Origin: Amphiscolops sp. MND2022
Lineage: Eukaryota
Direction of reading: 5' to 3'
DNA: 64,000 bases
Assembly: GCA_964187785.1 (NCBI GenBank)
Contig: OZ076409.1
Coordinates: 9,240,001 to 9,304,000 of the forward strand
Below, piece by piece: positions 60,003 through 64,000 of this stretch; position 1 is the first letter of the stretch, and each line of letters opens with the position of its first letter. A model generated the notes under the pieces. The model ran no database searches. It saw only the letters and a list, made by a program, of their open reading frames with translations, and was not told the DNA's origin. The position numbers and the translations under genes are program-made.

Positions 60003-63000
60003 TGTCGTAAAGTGGGTTTGAAAAGAATTTGTTCTAAACTCAGTTCAATTCAGGTTCTCAATTTTGTGGCGTTATCTTTTTTATGATCCGTAGAAAACAG
60101 TATGTAGTATTCAAAGCAGTGACTAACACCAGTTAAAATACAAGTCTACTTTTAAGAGTTTTATCTGAGTTCTTTCTTTCACCAGTCCTCTGTAACGCAT
60201 ATTGGAAGTCTCCTTTTTTCGGTGTTATGTAACCGAATCTAGGAACCAATAAAATTAAAGTAGCTTCTTCGGTAGCGAACAGTAGTTGTTGACCGAATAA
60301 CATTAAGTGACGATGACGTCATCACATCCCGTCTTTTAGTTGACTCATGCAAATCCTGCTTAATACTTCTGGGTTTGAGTTCATAGTCGTTTCTTTCTAT
60401 CATTGGTTATCGCGGTATGTTCTTCGGTGATGACCGGACTCATCAATGTTACTAGTCTTCGGAGTAACTGGATCTGGAATAGCATCATGTCCAATGTTTG
60501 GCTGAGGTTCCGCTTTCACAACGCTTGATGATGCTAGCGATGCAATTTGGCCGTCACTAGCCAAAATTGTTCGGTTGTTGTCATGAAGCCAAGCTGTGTT
60601 TCGTCCTTTCCGTATAATATAGGTCAGTTCTTTCAACTCATAGTTCGATGTGGGCTTGTACATTACTTTTTCACCAACTTCAGAAAATCAAACACCAAGG
60701 TTTCTCAAGAGTTTTCCTAGCAACTATTTGGCTGGAGTGTCACCTCTAGCCTTGGGAGAATTGAAGAATTTCTATGACTGAACAAAATTTTATCAAACTA
60801 TCTAGTCAGTGGTCAACCAATGTCTTTATTGTAAATTTTCTGTCTTCTTTTCAATGCTTGAACTGCTCTCGTGGCAATTCCATCGCTTCTCGGTGAATAC
60901 AAAGGTGTGTCAATCATTTTGCATCCTTGTGCTGCCAACCAGTCTTTCAGGTCTTTGGATACAAACTCCTTTCTGTTATCGGACACAACCATATATGTTA
61001 TTCCAAACCGAGAAAAGGTTGTCCGGAGACATCTGACCACATTCCGCTTTGATCGGTCCGTGCACGGGAAAGCTTCCAGCCAACCGGAACCAGCATCAGC
61101 AATGATCACAATGTTCCCGTGTTCTGCTTCTTAAAGCCAGTCCATATGCAGCCTTTCCCATGGAGCGTATTCTTCCCATTTGTCGGTGGACTCGATCAGT
61201 CTCGGTCGGTGTTTGCTTAATTCGGTACAATTTTTGACAAATTGTTCGATATCGCTATCCATGAATAGCCACCAAGCATTACTTTTCACCAAAGTGTTAA
61301 AGGCATTGATTCCTTGATGGACGTCGTGGAACTTTTCAATTACTTGTTTTCGGAATGTAATCTGTATGAAAATTCTCGATCCATTATATATCAAATCACT
61401 TTGAATTGTTAAAGCATTCAAAACATTCATAAAAGATTTCTTCATCTTGGTACAGTTTTCCAATATCCAGTTCGGATTCTGTTCATCATCCGTTTCGTGA
61501 ACTCATTCGGTTGTATCTCTTTCCGTAACCTGTCGAAATCAATCACGAGTTTCTCGAATGTAGCCATTGCTACCGCAACTAAGTCGTCTTCATCGTCTTT
61601 GAACTGTAAGCGTGACATCTCATCGGCATGGCCAATATTTGGACCGGGAGTGTATTGTACATCATAGTAATAGGCCATCAGAGTTTTTGCCCATCGTGCA
61701 AGTCTCGCTGATACAACTTTCGGTAGCTGCTTGCTCGGATTGAAGATATATTGTAGTGGCTTGTGATCTGTTCTAAAAGTGAACTTCCTCCCCAATAAAA
61801 ATTGTCGAAGTCGTGTCACTGCGAACACTACAGCAAGCGCTTCCCGTTCAATGTTTCTGTATTACTGTTCTGCAGATGTCAAGTTACGAGATATGTAGAT
61901 AACCGGCTGATCATTCAGCGTCAATACACCACCAATGGTTTTTTCGGATGCGTCCGTTGTGAGAGTTACTTCTTTGTCGTTACAATTAATTGATAAGTCC
62001 GATAAAAGCTTCAACTTCTTTGACATTCTTCGGTGGCTGCAGCTGAAGAGTGTTTTTTGCAGCTGAAAAGTGTTTTTGAACGTGCTTCTGTTACGGCATT
62101 ACTCCTTCCGATGAGAATTCGTAGCCCAGGAAGGATAACGTTGTCCAGAATGAAACGCCCTTGTCTTCATTCACTGTGAAGTTCGTTGCTGCCAGCCGTT
62201 CTTTGACCGCATTGTATCTTTTCAGCAGTTCAACTTCGGTTACACCGAACAACAGGATATCGTCTTGATATGCGACGCAACCATCCAGTCCCTTGAGCAC
62301 TTCCTCGATTGCTTGCTGTAAAATAGACGCTGCATGTTTCAGTCCTTGTTGTAACCTGGTGACTCGAAATAGGCCTCGGGTTGTGTTCACTAAACATATT
62401 TCTTGCGAGTTTTCATCAAGGGAATTTGCCAATAAGCATTAGATAAATCATTTAGCGCCTGACACTTTTGAGAAAATGGTTTCAATACAAAGTAGACTTC
62501 ACTATTAATTTTGCCATTTACATGTACTTTATAGTCAGCACACCTTCGCAGTTTATCACCTTTTTTCACACACACACAACCGGAGAACAGTTAACAACGC
62601 CACAGGCTTCTACCGGTTCAAGGATTCCCAACAATAATAATTCATCAATTGTTTTATTAACAATGCGTTCAAGTGGCAAAGGTACCTTTCGTGCCGCGTA
62701 AAACATTGGTTTAGCATCGGGTTTCAATTTAAATCAAGCTTTAGCACCTTCCACAGTTGGTAACTTTTAGGATACTTCCGCTTTGAAGCAACGTTCAAAA
62801 AAATCTTTGCTATTAGTTAATATATCACGTCCCAATAAACCAAAATTTCTATCAGCATCAATAACAGCAATGTTTACATTAACTTGTTTGTTATTAGAAA
62901 ACACCGTCGAGAAGAAAGCACCGAGATATTCCATTCTATGCTTGTAATATGTTTCAAGTCTAGTGTTCTTTTCTTCAAGTTCGGTTTCCCAATTTGCTTC

Positions 63001-64000
63001 CACAGCTTCTTTGAAATAAGCTTCAGTGATGCTCCAGTGTCTTTCATCATTGGTGTTTCTTTGTCATTCACTGGTATTTTCTCCATTGTACTAATCTTGA
63101 TATAGTCGGTATGTCCAATAAAAAGCGAATAGTCAGAGGGACTGTCATTGTTTTCTTCGGGATTGGCTTTTTCACCAACAAAATGATTCGTTTGTTTCTT
63201 CATCCGACACTTTTTTGCGGATTGGTTCGGCTTCTTGCAGTTGTGGAATGTTTTGCCGAAGGCCGGACAACTCCTTGGTTCATGCTTCGTTCCGAATTTT
63301 GGGCATTCTTGAGCTTTGTTGTGGAAACCGGTTGCACTTTTAACATTTCCTTTCGTAATTGACTGTTCCGCGTAAAGGAAACTGTTTGATTCGGTTCGTT
63401 CTGTTTGTTCACAAAATGTACGGTTTGTTCACGCTGCTGAATAACCGACAAAATGTCGTCTATTGTAGCGTCCGAATTTTGTTTAAGATGTTCCAACACT
63501 TTTAGTTTGTGTGCGGAATTTTGTAATTCAGCAATAAAGCGTAACTATCATGTAAGCTTCCGGGTCGGCAATATCTTTCAAATTACCGAACTCACAATAT
63601 CGTGCTGCTTCCTTTAGACGTGCCAGAAAATCACCCGATGATTCTCCATTCCTCAGGGTAAAAGCCACGAATTTCGTTTGTTCGGCAATAACAAGTCTTT
63701 TTCTCGCGTGCAGGTAATTTTCCAGTACCGTTTCAATTTCATTGAAAGCCATTGTTTCAACTTTTGTCGGCGCAACAAGCGATTTGACCTTCATAAGACT
63801 TTCCACACCACAACGGAAAAGAAATTGATTTGTTACTTGTAGATCGGCTGGTGTTCGTTCATCTGCTTTCTTTTCCTCCACGAACTATTTCCACCGAACG
63901 AACTGAATATAATATTCTCCCTTTCGGTTTAAATGAAATAATGGTAAGAAATCTGCTCTCTCTTCTGCAAAGAATTGTCAAATTTAAGGTGATTTTGGTG
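60003..64000 (-). mobile_element. Decayed Ty3/Gypsy (Mag-like) element; 3' LTR 60003-60326, 5' end outside the window
   Basis: gag 63200-63881, PR KDTGAS, RT CADYK and AYQDDILL, RNase H FRTDHKPL, integrase WERLHMD and VSDN. PPT ctaaaagacggga then a TG..CA LTR. Confidence 0.88.

Overview
Eukaryotic, AT-rich, transposon-dense genomic DNA, probably from an invertebrate; the species cannot be identified from the sequence. One host gene crosses most of the window on the minus strand: an APC-family amino-acid/ethanolamine permease with four phase-compatible GT-AG exons (45794-45916, 43938-44152, 13317-13505, 41-311). Its 13-kb and 30-kb introns are filled with nested mobile elements. Main points: (1) a 21-kb Ty3/Gypsy element (18404-39448; 398-bp LTRs, 4-bp TSD) carries a gB/chuvirus-type envelope gene, extra unknown ORFs, an RS-rich Gag and two internal duplications, i.e. 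an endogenous-retrovirus-like element; (2) three LTR insertions (2536-11369, 17989-43773, solo 46434-52931) each have an unusual 3-bp TSD, and the two full-length ones are non-autonomous with a 16-nt LTR-PBS spacer; one carries an intact orphan ORF with a coiled coil and three AT-hook-like motifs; (3) an 89-bp x ~16 tandem array is built from the 3' end of a host exon plus its splice donor; (4) there are also a near-complete BEL/Pao element, two decayed Gypsy elements, solo LTRs, HINE/DINE-like repeats, MITEs and a tRNA-derived SINE head. All calls come from manual reading; no database searches were run.
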